The notes under the pieces: generated by a model
The model's input: the letters and a program-made list of their open reading frames with translations, nothing else
Database searches by the model: none
Told to the model about the DNA's origin: nothing
Shown here: one piece after another, positions 35,832-48,083 of the stretch
How positions within the stretch are numbered: position 1 is the first letter of the stretch
Layout of the letters: each line of letters starts with the position of its first letter
Program-made: the position numbers and the translations under genes
Origin: Heteronotia binoei
Taxonomy: Eukaryota
Assembly (NCBI RefSeq): GCF_032191835.1
Contig: NC_083225.1
Location: forward strand, 182,218,001-182,282,000
Direction of reading: 5' to 3'
Length of the DNA: 64,000 bases

Positions 35832-36025
35832 CTTGCATTAAAGGTTGGGAAATGGCAGCTTCATAAACAGCCACAGTAGAGACAAATGGCAGGAACGCCA
35901 TGGGCAGGGCGGATGCAACCCGAGCTTGGGTTATGTTCAGGGCTCTCCTCAGATAGTTGTTTGCTATTAAGCCGCACAAGCTTGAGTTTAACCCAAGGAC
36001 GACGGATCCTGTTCGAAATAAACTC
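35832..36025 (-). CDS. TMEM126A: TMEM126A-like, coding exon 2 (194 nt)
   Basis: Acceptor ctcttccacAG, donor GTAC. (Q)SLFRTGSVVLGLNSSLCGLIANNYLRRALNITQARVASALPMAFLPFVSTVAVYEAAISQPLMQ(G). Confidence 0.92.
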
Positions 36026-36431
36026 CTGTGGAAGAGCCAGGAGGGGGAAAAGGTATGTTAGAACTGCTGTGCAGAGCTATTAAACAATAATTACCTATGA
36101 ATATGGTGTATTGTCTAGACCTTCCCTCTCATTCGTAACACAAACAACCCTATTTCTAGAACCTTATGGATATGGTATGTGCACCCAGTAAGCTGGGTGC
36201 TCATTTTACCGACCTCGGAAGGATGGAAGGCTGAGTCAACCTCGCGCTGACTACCTGAAAACCCAGCTTCCACTGGGGATTGAACTCAGGTCGTGAGCAG
36301 AGCTTAGGACTGCAGTACTGCAGCTTTAACACTGCTTGAGAACTCCTTAAATATCATCAGCAATGCTTGATCATGTGACATTAAAGCAGAACAACCATAA
36401 TTGTTAAAAGCAGGGGTAAGAACTCGTTAGC

Positions 36432-36636
36432 TATGAGGGCCCTCACAACAGGTACCTGTGAGGTAGGTGAGACTGAGAGAGCTCTCCCATGAAGCTGCCC
36501 TTTCAAGGACAACCTCTGCAATAGCTATGGCTGACCCAAGGCCATTCCAGCAGCTGCAAGTGGAGGAGTGGGGAATCAAACCTGGTTCTCCCAGATAAGA
36601 GTCTGTGCACTTAACCACTACACCAAACTGGCTCTA
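36432..36636 (-). mobile_element. Squam3-like SINE
   Basis: Reverse complement of the 51812-52080 family. Confidence 0.75.
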
Positions 36637-37231
36637 GATACCTCATGAGAGGACAGGCCTAGATTCTGGTTGGATATCTGACAAGCTTAGGAAATTGTGT
36701 GGCAAACTGCTAGATCCTGGGGGAGGGGGATTACACAAGAATAAAGATTTCTCCTTCAATCCAACTGGCTGGCAGCACTGGGTTCCAACCTCCAGGTGGG
36801 ACCTGGAGACCTCCCAGGATTATAACATCTCCAGGCAACAGAGATGAGTTCCCTGGAGAAAACGGCCACTTAGGAAGGTGGACTCTGCGGCCTCGTATCC
36901 CAATGAAGTCCCTCCCAGCACCAAACCCTACCTTTTTGGGCCCCACCCCCCAAAATCTCCAGATATTTTCCAACCCAGAGCTGGCAAACTGTTCCAGCTG
37001 ACCAAACCTTATGTACCTCCATGAAGTTAAGGTGCAGAGGAGTGGAGCTGCCACAGCCTGGCCACAGGTCCACATTTCTTTATGATCCACCTTACTCAAT
37101 GGGACTTTTAAGTCAGGTTACACAGAGTGAATGAATACAATCAAAAGGACGGGATCAGTAAACAGTGCAATAGGATTTTGGTTGTAGAACCAACCAGAAA
37201 TATAAAAACAGGGCTGAAGCAAGGCAAATTG

Positions 37232-37647
37232 TAGGGATGCCAGGTCCAGTTCAAGAAATACCTGGGGACTTGGAGGCAAAGCAAGGGCGTTCTGGTCATC
37301 ACATTCAAAGGGACCGCACACTTTTTAAATGCCTTCCCTCCATTTTCTTTTGAGGCTCACAAAATTGGACCCCCTGGTCCAATCTTTTTTAAACTTGGAG
37401 GTTGATTTGAGGAGAGGTACCAGATGCTATGCTACAAATTTGGTTCCTCTACCTAAAAAACAGCCCCCCCCCCCCCGAGCCCCAGATACCCGTGGATCAA
37501 TTTTCCATTGTACCCTATGAAAACTGGTCTCCATAGGGAATGGAGTGCCCAGCAGACCCCCCCCCCCTCCCCACTTTCTGATGACCCGGAAGGGGGGTCA
37601 TCCAAACTGGAGGATCCCCTGCCCCCACCTGGGGATTGACAACCCTA
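37232..37647. mobile_element. hAT element (TAGGGTTGCCA family)
   Basis: Perfect TSD gcaaattg (37224-37231, 37648-37655). Confidence 0.85.
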
Positions 37648-38129
37648 GCAAATTGTCAGCATCACAACATTAAACAAAGCAAAATTACACAGCAGGATCC
37701 AACTTCTAGCAAACTATCCACAATACTACAGATCAGTCCCTAATAATTCATCCAAGTAATTAGGAATCATTGTGTGCAGTGCTACCCTATTATCTGTGTA
37801 GAAAACCCCTCTCGAATCATTCAATTTTTCAGTTTGTGGGAAGGCAGGAGAATGGTTACGTTCATGCTGGCGATAGCCAAGGAAGTTCTCAGACAGATGG
37901 ACAACAGCAATTCTCCACAGTCCGTGTGACCCCAGCATGCACTATTCCTCTGTCACTAAAGTTTATGCTATGCCCACAGTTCAGCGCTATAATAGTCAAC
38001 ACACGCATCCCAACTCCATCTTAATCTTTTCAGCAAGGTCATGAATCCTTGCATGTTCAAAAATGAGGGACAAAGGAAAGCAGAGATTGAGACCTAGGAC
38101 CAAGTTCAATAGTTTCCACTGAAGAAAAC

Positions 38130-38385
38130 AACGACTGCAGATTTATACCCCGCCCTTCTCTGAATCGGACTCAGAGTGGCTTGCAATCTCCTTTATCTCC
38201 TTCCCCCACAACATACAACCTGTGAGGTGGGTGGGGCTGAGAGGGCTCTCCCAGCAGCTGCCCTTTCAAGGACAACCCTTGCCAGAGCTCTGGCTGACCC
38301 AAGGCCATTCCAGCAGCTGTAAGTGGAGGAGTGGGGAATCAAACCCGGTTCTCTCAGATAAGAGTCCGCACAGTGGCCCACCATG
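38130..38385 (-). mobile_element. Squam3-like SINE
   Basis: Reverse complement of the family. Lies about 100 nt from the TMEM126A donor at 38486. Confidence 0.75.
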
Positions 38386-38486
38386 GTGTTGTATATTTTG
38401 CCAAGCAAACCAAGACCGTTTACTTGGGGTCAGCGTAACCATTAGTGGTGTAAGACAGTTCAAAAGGCCTAGGGGCTGTCACTCAC

Positions 38487-38593
38487 TGGTCGTTTGCTGG
38501 AAGCCGCTCAAACCGTTCTCGCAGAATCTCCGACCGGTCTTGTGCCAGGAGTCTCTGTGTTCTCGAGAAAGGATCGAGAGCCTCACTCGCCAT
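38487..38593 (-). CDS. TMEM126A: TMEM126A-like, first coding exon (spliced CDS 621 nt, 206 aa)
   Basis: Strong Kozak aagATGg, donor GTGAGT, acceptor tttcccccAG 15 nt upstream of the ATG. MASEALDPFSRTQRLLAQDRSEILRERFERLPAND(Q). 107+194+115+205 nt closes in frame. Confidence 0.85.
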
Positions 38594-39016
38594 CTTCGTT
38601 GCAGCAAGCTGGGGGAAACAAATCCAACCCGCGTCACGGCTCGTTCCCAGAGAAAGAACACCAGCAAACGAAATGGAAATGCAGCATCTCCAACTGAGTT
38701 CTGCGAAGCTGTTCTCAAAAGCCAGCTGCCCGGCTTCTATGCGACTGGTTATATCGGGGGTCTCCAACTTTGTTGAGCCTGCAGGCAAGGCAGGCGCAGC
38801 AATAAAATGGCTGCTGCGGGAGGTACAGCGAGCCACAAAGTTATCACTGCAGCTTAATTTCAGGAACACGGTGTGCCCGGGGATGTAGAATTCATTTGTT
38901 ATAAGGGCCGGATCTGACATAAATGAGACTTTGTTGGGCCAGGCCATGTGTGTATCTGTTTAAGATTAGGTAGCAGAGATATAAACATCATAAAGGGACA
39001 CACACAAACACAATTT

Positions 39017-40656
39017 TTTGATTCGTTCAAAAATAACTGAGAAGCTATGGCGTAAAATGGATGAAGATATGTTAAAATGGAATAAACTTAATTTGTCATT
39101 GCTGGGTAGAATAGCTGCAATTAAAACGAATATCCTACCAAGAATAATGTATTTGTTTCAAACTATTCCTATTGTGAACGATTTGCTAAATGGCGAAGAA
39201 AAATTTCAGAATTTGTGTGGGCTGGGAAGAAACCAAGGATCAAAATGAAAATTTTGACAGATGCAAAAGAGAGAGGTGGATTTCAATTACCGAATTTAAA
39301 ATTATATCAAGAAGCAGTTTGTTTAGTGTGGATAAAGGAATGGATACTGTTGTTAAATAAAAAAACTCTTAGTGTTGGAAGGTCATGGAAATAAATTTGG
39401 CTGGCACGCGTATTTGTATTATGGAAAAAAGAAGATGGACGGTTTTTTCTCTCACCATTATATAAGAAATAATTTGTTAAATACATGGATGAAATATAAG
39501 AAATATGGAGATGAGAGAAGACCGCTATAGATAGTGCCAGCTGTAGTAATAAAAATAACGGCTGAGATAGGTGAAGAAAAGTGGTTGTCATATAATCAGT
39601 TATTAAAAATACAAAATGGCAAAACAGAATTGAAAACTGCTGAAGAGCTGAATAATAAATATGATTGGTTTCAAATGCAACAAATAAAAAGTTTGGTGGA
39701 TAATGATATCAAAACTGAAGGAATAAGAAAAGAACAAACAGAAATGGAAAAAGTTCTGCTTGGAGACAATGAAAAATTAATTTCAAAAATATATAAATTA
39801 CTTTTAAAATGGTCTACGGAGGATGAAGTAGTGAAATCTCAAATGATTAAATGGGCAATTAATGTAAATAAAGAAATACAGATGGAAACTTGGGAATACT
39901 TGTGGAAGAACTCTATGAAGCTTTTGACGTGTCATAGTATTAAAGAGAACTGTTTTAAAATGATGTATAGATGGTATATGACTCCTAAAAAATTGGCAAA
40001 GATGAACAACAAGATGCCAGATAGATGTTGGAAATGTAAAAAACATGAAGTTTCTTTCTACCATATGTGGTGGACTTGTGAAAGAGCAAAAAAGTATTGG
40101 CAGATGATTCAACAAGAAATTTCTAAGATCTTGGGATATGAATTTAAGAAAGTTGCAGAGACTTTTCTGTTGGGATTTCAAATGGAAAAATTTCCAAAAG
40201 AAGATAGAACTATAATTTGGTACTTGCTTTCAGCTGCTAGGACATTATATGCGCAGTTGTGGAAGCAAGAAAAAACAGCAGAGAAATGGGATTGGATTGT
40301 AAAAGTTATGATGTGGAGTGAAATGGACAAATTAACAAGAATTTTAAGATACTATGATTTAGAAGTTTTTAAGATGGAGTGGAAAAAGTTCAGAAGATAT
40401 GTAGAAAAAAGAGTGGAAAGTAAAAGGACACTGGACAATTTTTGATAACAATTAAGTCTTCGAAAAAAGGAGAATATCAATTTTGGTTTTTATTAGTTAA
40501 GGGTACCTTTACATATTAAATAACACCGGCGGGGGTCAAGTAACGGGGGGAGGGGTGGGTAGAAAGTAATATATGGGATAGATAAAAGAAGTTATTAATG
40601 ATGCAAGAAATATAATTTGTTACCATATGTTACCAAATAAAATTGTTTTAAAGGAA
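39017..40656 (+). mobile_element. LINE-1 (L1) 5'-truncated copy, ORF2 C-terminal region, nested in a hAT MITE
   Basis: Broken ORFs LSLLGRIAAIKTNILPRIMYLFQTIPI and YRWYMTPKKL...CWKC...FYHMWWTC (CCHC). AATAAA near the 3' end. 13-bp duplication acaaacacaattt (39004-39016, 40657-40669). Host MITE halves at about 38877-39016 and 40657-40700. Confidence 0.85.
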
Positions 40657-41147
40657 ACAAACACAATTTAAAAAACAAACAAACTTAAAAACATTAGCAC
40701 GTCTCAGTTTTGCCCTTCCTGGAAACACCCTCCTCACCCTCTACCTGCATGTAATGGTTGGTGACTTCTGTATCAGTGTACCTGAAGAAGTGTGCTTGCA
40801 CACAAATGCTTATACCTAGAATTAACTTTGTTGGTCTTAAAGGTGCCACTGGACTCAAAACTTTGTACTGCTTCTTCAGTCCAACACAGAAGGTGTGAGA
40901 ATGTTCACGTGCAGAAAGCCAGCTGCATCATCCTGCAACGTTACTATGAGCAAACAAGCAAAAGAAACCTGCCGAACCCCCATGAACAAGCTGACAAACG
41001 ACCAATCCCACTGATGAAAAATTAGATCTCTCTTCGCAACTGGTGAACAAGACATGAACCGAACCAGCAGGTCTTCAAGCATCCCTGACTACGGTTAACA
41101 TGATACTAAACCTGATACATGAGGCTTCAGTTGCTGCGGTTTTGTAG

Positions 41148-41478
41148 AAAACGACTGGTGCTTGCACAGGGGACTACTTTTACCTTTACCTTTTTTAGTC
41201 CCCTGTGCAAGCAGCAGTCATTTCTGACTCTAGGGTGATGTCGCATCACGACGTTTTCATGGCAGACTTTACAGGTGGTTTGCCACTGCCTTCCCCAGTC
41301 ATCTACACTTTCTCTCCAGCAAGCTGGGTACTCATTTTACTGACCTTGGAAGGATGGAAGGCTGGGTCAACCTTGAGCCGGCTATCTGAACCCAGCTTCC
41401 GCTGGGATCGAACACAGGTCGTGAGCAGAGAGCTTGGAGTGCAGTACTGCAGCTTTACCACTCTGTGTCACAGGGCTC
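41148..41478 (-). mobile_element. Sauria SINE (41196-41478, minus) tail-to-tail with a short plus-strand Sauria 3' end (41148-41190)
   Basis: gcttgcacaggggacta...tagtcccctgtgcaagc inverted junction. Confidence 0.75.
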
Positions 41479-42330
41479 TTTGTTCCACTAGCATGTAGCA
41501 AATTATAACCCATTTACTTTATTCTATAAAACATAATGGGAGCAACTGAGACAGCCCCTACTGAGACGTGCCCTACTCCAGGGCATTCCACAAGCATTTG
41601 GCCCTTCATAATAACTGACATTTTGCTAGCAATAGGGAGAATAATAAAAACACTCAGAGGTAAATGCATGGCTGATGGCTTTTCCATCAGGAGAGATCCC
41701 AGATTTTCTTAACCACAGGTCCCGGTGATTCGAAAGGTCACAGAGTTCCTGTTTTAAAAGCCATTATCTGCTAAGAGACTGATCTCTGCCTCACATCCCA
41801 CAAGATCAAAACTTCACATAACGTAACTTGATTTCACCCAACACTATTTGCTTATAGCATCTCTTATTTTCAGGATGCCAAAACTAGCCTCAGTGGAAAA
41901 CTTAGGCCAAACTTTAACATCCTTCTGAAATGAAATGCAACTTACAGTCACTTAGGGTTTTTTTGTTGAACCTGAAACAAAACACAAATGCATATAAAGA
42001 ACGGACATTACCAGGTGAACATGCAAGCTTCATTTTTTTTTTTAAAATGTAACAGTGGAATGCTGTAGCCACCAAGAATCATAAGCACAAAGCCAGTAAG
42101 TGGGAGAGTTTTAACATGTACTGAGCTTGACCACTCTTTATATTACTATCTTTATAGGCCACTTTTTCCCTATGGGGACCCAAAGTAGCATACAACGTTC
42201 TCCTTTTCATTGTATCTTCACAACCCAGTAAGGTAGGTTAGGCTGACTGTGCGACTGGCCACCTAGCAAGCTTGCATGGCACAGTGGGGATTAAAACCCA
42301 GGTTTCCCGCATCCTAGTCCAACACTAACC

Positions 42331-42873
42331 CAGGGGTGCCAAACTCGAGGGCTGAATCTGACATAAATGAGACCTTGTCGGGCCGGGCCATGTTGGGTTG
42401 GAGTGGGCCACGTGTGTACCTAACTATGATTAGGTAGCAGAGATATAAGCTTTATAAAGGAAGCAGATAAGCACAAAGATTTTTTTAAAAACCTTAAAAC
42501 ATCCTTAAAATATTAGCACATGGTCTTAAAGGCGCTTTCTTTGTATTTCTCCCATGGGGTCCAGGGAACCAGCCAAAGGAAGCTCTGGCTCTTTCCTTCC
42601 TCAGGGGACCAGGAGGGGGAGGAGCCTCAGCCAATAGAAGGAAGAGAGGCTTCGCTCCGAAGCTCTGCTGTATGATTGAGACAGCCTGGCAAAGCAAGCT
42701 CTCCCTTCCCCGCCAAGAGAGGTGCCTTAACAAATGGAGAAAATACAGGTTTTGCTCTGAAGCTTCTGCGGTATTGAGCACACCTGGCAAAGCAAGCTGT
42801 GATTCAGAAGGAAGCAAGAGAGAGGGAGAAGGAAGCAGCTGACAGCCAGTTGCTCAGGGGCCTGATACCCCCG
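42331..42873. mobile_element. hAT MITE (CAGGGGTGTCAA family)
   Basis: TSD c(a/t)ctaacc (42323-42330, 42874-42881). Confidence 0.8.
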
Positions 42874-44335
42874 CTCTAACCATTACAGCATGCCAGCTTT
42901 TCTTTTTATGAGTTCTGCATTCAGCTCTCTTAAAGTGCTAGAAAGTCTGCATTTTTGAAGCTGAACTTTGCAATAGCAAACAGAGAAGCAGCCTAGAGAA
43001 TAAATAGGTCAATGCATTTCCTTGTACTGCAGCTACAGTTGCCAACCCTTCAACTGGCCACTGTAGTTACCATTTTAACAGCAGACTGGCACTATCAAGT
43101 GGAAAAGGTTTATATTGGGCAAAAACTTCAATTATTTATTTACATTGTTTATAATTTGCCTCTCTTGAAGGGACACAACTCAGATTACAAAGAGCGTCAA
43201 CAAAATGGAAAATTCAATAAACAATGCATTGTAAAAATCAGGAAACAACCAAAAAGAACTGAAGTATAGCAAAGTCATTAACATGACACATTAAGTGGTG
43301 CAAACCCCTCACTACATAACAGGAACCTGCTTACAATAAACTACACACAGCAGCATAGAGCACAGTCCTTAAACATTTTCCCAAGTAAGTTTGAGAACTA
43401 TTTTGTACAGTGCAACCCTATTTCATGTGCAAAAAAAAGCCCTCTTGAATAATTCAATTTTGCATAGTTTGTAGAAAGCCAGGACTGCTGGAGCCTTCCT
43501 AACATCAGGCAGGCAATTCTGTCAAATGGGATCCACAATGGAGAAAGCACATGTATGGCAAGTTGTTGATTTTGCCCATTCAAAGGCTAGCACCCAACTG
43601 ACATGAGTGAGGCTGTGGTGGCAGCACACACGGAAGATACAGTTCCATGAATAAGAGGGATGGGCAAATTTTTGCACAAACTACTGTTAAAGGGAAAAAT
43701 AACACGGTAGCTTTTCTTCCCACAGTTCCAATTGCAGAATGCCAGAGGACACAACAGCCATTCTCTGTAATAGTTACAGTTTTTCTTTCTAACTTAAAGG
43801 TCATCTTATACATCACTGTTGATTAAAAAACAGAGGCTGCCTCCGTGACAAACAAAGCTGTAATGTCCACGTTGCATCAATTAATATTCAAGATCAATTT
43901 GAATAATTTTGCTCCCACTATATTTCAACTCCACATGATTCCTCCTTTATGGGAGGCAGCTATAGGGTGAGAGTTAATACTTTCTACCCTGCTTTAACCT
44001 ATTTATATTTTAAAGACTAACAACATTTGTGGCAAGGTGTGAGCTTTCATGAGTCACTTCTCACTTCTTCAGGTACAGGTAGAAAAAGAAGTAAGCAGTG
44101 ACTCACGAAAGTTTGTACCCTGCCACAAATTTTGGTAGTCTTTACGGTGCTACTGGACTCTTGCTCTTTTTCTGCTGCCATAGACAAATGTGGCTACCCA
44201 TCTTGAACTATTTGCATTTGATACTACTTTCTGTGGTTTTGCTGTTACCGAAAATGCCAAATACAAATATAATTGATAAAAAAAATCACTTCTATATTTT
44301 CAACTTTGCAGTTTACATTGCTTAATCACACATGA

Positions 44336-44722
44336 AGAGGAGCTTTAAGAGGGGATTGAATAAACATATGGAGCAGAGGTCCATCAGTGGCCATTCAGGA
44401 GAAGGGAACTTTGGCTCTCCAGATATTTTTTGCCTACAACTCCCATCAGCCCCAGCCATTGGCCATGCTGGCTGGGGCTGATGGGAGTTGTAGGCAAAAA
44501 ACATCTGGAGAGCCAACGTTCCCTACCTCTGGTATAGATGGAACTCTCGGGCGGTGATGCTCTGTATTCTTTGTGCTTGGGAGAGGCAACAGTGGGAGGG
44601 CCTCCTGGCCCCACTGATGGACCTCCTCATGGCACCTGGGTTTTTTTGGCCTCTGTGTGACACAGAGTGCTGGACTGGATGGGCCATTGGCCTGATCCAA
44701 CAGGGCTTCTCTTACGTTCTTA
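44336..44722 (+). mobile_element. CR1 3' fragment interrupted by a palindromic hAT MITE (44396-44531)
   Basis: CR1 3' UTR on both sides of a copy related to the 6162-6296 MITE. Confidence 0.8.
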
Positions 44723-45056
44723 TTACTTTATTGCCAAGGGCGGTAGAAGAGAGAATGACAAGGGTTCAGACATATACATGACACACCTACCTGAAAGCCA
44801 GCCCAATTGAAACAAACTGATTCTACTTCTAAATCAGCATGCGCAGGATTGCTGCCAGATCCCGGTTAGGGAAGGATACATAACACCACCCACGCCGTGT
44901 GCGCTGAAACCGGCCATGCCAAGCCGTTTGCCGCCCCACCCCCCACCCCCAAATCACAAAACCTCTCAGGCTGCAAGCACCACTACCGCCCCGTCACCAG
45001 GCTGAAATGACCTTGAGTTTGCCCAACCGAACCCAAGTCGCCGTCCTTCTACTCAC

Positions 45057-45200
45057 CTAGCGCTCCCTTCCTCCTCCCCAAAAGCCGATCCCTACACGAA
45101 TTCCTCAAAACGCCACTAAGAAAATTCGCCTCCGCCCCGATAAGCAGGCGCAAAGCAAACGCTCGTTTCACAGCGTGAGCACCATGCACGCCCTCCCCGC
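45057..45200 (-). other. TMEM126A: TMEM126A-like non-coding exon 1 (5' boundary approximate)
   Basis: Consensus donor TAG|GTGAGT at 45057/45056 at the edge of the CpG island. TSS not determined. Confidence 0.6.
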
Positions 45201-45349
45201 GGGGGCCGCCATCTTGGTGAGTCACATGACTCCCGCGCCGCTTCCCCTCGAATCCGGCTCGGATTGGCCAGTCACCCCGCTTCTTCAGCACGCCGGCTTC
45301 CGATTGGCTGAGGCGCCGCGGGCGGGGCGGTGGGCGTCCGCCCGTCAGT

Positions 45350-45517
45350 CAATCCATCAGGCCGGGGCTGGGCCGGGCCGCGTTGCTAAGGGAGGCGGCG
45401 ACCGCTGTGCCATGGAGACGGCCCTGAGGCGCCCGCAGGCCGCTGCCGAGTGACTGGCTGGGACGGCCGGAGCTCCCCCTCCGCGGAGCGCTCGATGGGG
45501 GCGCAACAGCCCGCGAG
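45350..45517 (+). other. DLG2: Putative DLG2 non-coding first exon (start approximate)
   Basis: Donor GAG|GTGAGC at 45517/45518. The head-to-head DLG2/TMEM126 arrangement is known in mammals. Assignment by synteny only. Confidence 0.45.
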
Positions 45518-45955
45518 GTGAGCCCGGGAGGGGAGGTGGAGGGGCGGACGGAGCTGGGAGCCTGGCCTCGCCCTCCCAACCCTCGTGTCCGTCAACCCGC
45601 CTTTTCACACGTGCAAGATGCGCGTTTCTTGAAATCACTTCGCCAAGCCGGCTGGCAGCTTGGAGAATGCATTTGAGGTTAAAGTTGCTTTCTTTCCACC
45701 TCTCCCTCCTCCTTCCCCACCTTCCTTCCTTCCTCTCTCGCTCCTTCCCTCCCTTCTTCTCTCCCGTCTTTCCTTCCTTCCTTTCTCAAAGCCGGGGTCT
45801 CCAGGGAGCGCCTCAGGAGGACCTTTCCAGGGCTGTCGTCGGGGGGCGGGGAGACAGACGCCCTCCCTGCAGTGCTGGTCTTGCACCCCCCCCCCCCCTT
45901 TTCCGTTCAGCTCGCCTATTCGTTAGCATCGTCTCACCTGCTTGCATTGACTCAC

Positions 45956-46150
45956 CGATGTTCCCTCTAAGCTGCAGAGTCTTGTGAGCAAGAATTCTAC
46001 TTTGTGAGCTACTGGCATTAAAGTTGTGAGCTGCTGCATCAATCAGTGTGCTCTGGGGTCATCCTTCCTGAGCTAAGACAAAAAATGTGTGAGCTGGAAG
46101 CTACAGATCTGTGAGCTAGCTCACGCTAACTCAGCCTAGAGGGAACACTG
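45956..46150. mobile_element. hAT MITE (CAGTGTTCCCTCTA family), uninterrupted copy
   Basis: c.atgttccctcta...tagagggaacactg. Colinear with the split copy at 58228-59948. Confidence 0.78.
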
Positions 46151-46277
46151 ACTCTTACCTGTCTTTGTTATATTTGTCGATTTAATTATTTGCAGTGTCT
46201 GTCTGTATTGGTCGTAGGAGTTGGCCATGTTAATCTGTTGCTGCAAAATAGTAAAGAGACCTGGAGGACCTTTAAAA

Positions 46278-46556
46278 CTGGGGGTGGCCAAACTGTGGCT
46301 CTTTCACACATATTGTGTGGCTCTCAAAGCCCCCACCAACCCATTGGCCAGGTTGGAGGCATTTCTCTCTTTAAATCACTTCTCCAAGCCAGCTGGCAGC
46401 TTGGAGAATGCATTTAAAGTTAAAGTTGCTTTCTTTCCACATCTCCCTCCTCCATCCCCCATCTTCCTTCCTCCATCTGTCTCCTTCCTTCCAGCTCTCA
46501 AACACCTGGCAATTATTCCCTGTGGCTCTTACGTTAAGCAAGTCTGGCCATCCCTG
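46278..46556. mobile_element. hAT MITE (CAGGGGTGGCCAAAC family)
   Basis: Both termini are present. Confidence 0.75.
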
Positions 46557-47279
46557 TTTTAAGACTAATTTTACTGTAGCATAAGCTTTCTAGAAACACA
46601 GCTCTCTTCTGCCTCTGACAGAGAGAGCTGTGTTTCCCAAAAGCTTAAGCTTCTTCTTTAAAGGTGCTGCTGGACTCTCACTATTTGGCTACATCTGGTG
46701 TGACTTACCTGTTTGCATGCATTGGTCTGGTCTGGTTGATCTAGGTCTGTTTGTGGTCTCTTGTTTCCAGCTGAGCCTTCCCTACATTGAACTCCAGGAG
46801 GCATGCATGGTTCTTCCATTTCCCCATTTTATCATCACAACAACCCTTTGAGGAAGACTATGGCCCATGGTCACCCATGGGGAATGGTCACCCATGGGGA
46901 GGGGGGAATTCGAACCTGCTTTTCTCCGAATCAAGCTCTCATCTTTCTGTCATGGTCTTGGCTCTTTGACCCGGATTTGCTGCTCCCTTTGGGATTTTTC
47001 TTTCCTTCCTGGACCTTTTTTCTGCCCTCGCTCTCCCTGACTCCAGTCTACCTGGTTCAGAGTCGCGTGCTAGCCCCGGCTCTTGCTTTCTGCCAGCCTT
47101 CATGGCCCCCCTCCATCCACCCACTGATGCTTACTGCCTTGCTGATCTTTCCTCAGCCCAAAGTACCTCTTCTGCCCACCATACACCCCTCTGTCTGTCA
47201 GCCTCCTGACCCTACACTGTTGCATTGTGAGCCTGCCCCTCCTCCTCAGTATAGAAGAAATGATAAGTATTTAAAGAAA

Positions 47280-47763
47280 AGATAGAGGTTTACAAGATTA
47301 TGCATGGGATAGAGGGTAGAGAAAGAAGTACTTTCTCACAATACAAGAACTTTCTCACAATACAAGAACTTATGGACACTCAATGAAATTGCTGAGCAGT
47401 CAGGTTAGAACTGATAAAAGGAAGTACTCTCTTCACGCAAAGGGTGATTAACACATGGAATTCACTGCCACAACAGGTGGCGGCTGCAAGCATAGACAGC
47501 TTCAAGAGGGAATTGGATAAGCATATGGAGTAGAGGTCCATCAGTGGCTATTAGCCACAGCTTATTGTTGGACCTCTCTATCTGGGGCAGTGATGCTCTG
47601 TATTCTTGGTGCTTGTGTGGGGGCACAGTGGGAGGGCTTCTAGTGTCCTGGCCCCACTGGTGGACCTCCTGATGGCACTTGGGGGGGGGGGGGTTGGCCA
47701 CTGTGTGACAGTGTTGGACTGGATGGGCCATTGGCCTGATCCAACATGGCTTCTCATGTTCTT
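47280..47763 (+). mobile_element. CR1 3' fragment
   Basis: End of the RT-coding region plus the 3' UTR ending catgttcttat. Contains a 19-bp internal duplication actttctcacaatacaaga. Confidence 0.85.
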
Positions 47764-48083
47764 ATAACGGTACATTGAGTAAAATGATATTTTATTATAT
47801 TCCACTCAAAGTTGCCTAAGCTGTTCATGCACTGCTTTGTCAGGAGATCTGACGGAATTTTTGGGGGGTTCCCAAAAAGGAGTTCAAAATGGAGACATTG
47901 GTCTTCAGCAGAAAAGAATTTAAGTAGTTCAAACTACAAAGAGAGATCCTATCCAGAAACTGGCAATAGGTTCTCCAAAATTCTAACAGACGCACGATGC
48001 ATTGTATAGTATCATCTTTCATCTTGTTGCCCTGTGACCTATTCACTATGTTTTCATTAATGTTTACTAAGTTTACCAATTAC

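Larger units (their letters stand above)
44880..45620. promoter_or_regulatory. CpG-island bidirectional promoter (TMEM126A minus / DLG2 plus)
   Basis: High CpG. YY1 GCCGCCATCTTG near 45206, GTCACATGAC E-box near 45221, CCAAT boxes (gattgg) near 45262 and 45302, GC box near 45323. Outward-facing splice donors on both strands (45056 minus, 45518 plus). Confidence 0.8.

Noticed and set aside
38594-38947. Upstream part of the 154-aa minus ORF as extra TMEM126A coding sequence
   Set aside because: A clear acceptor lies at 38610-38609, and the ORF start is inside a MITE. Only 38593-38487 is coding.
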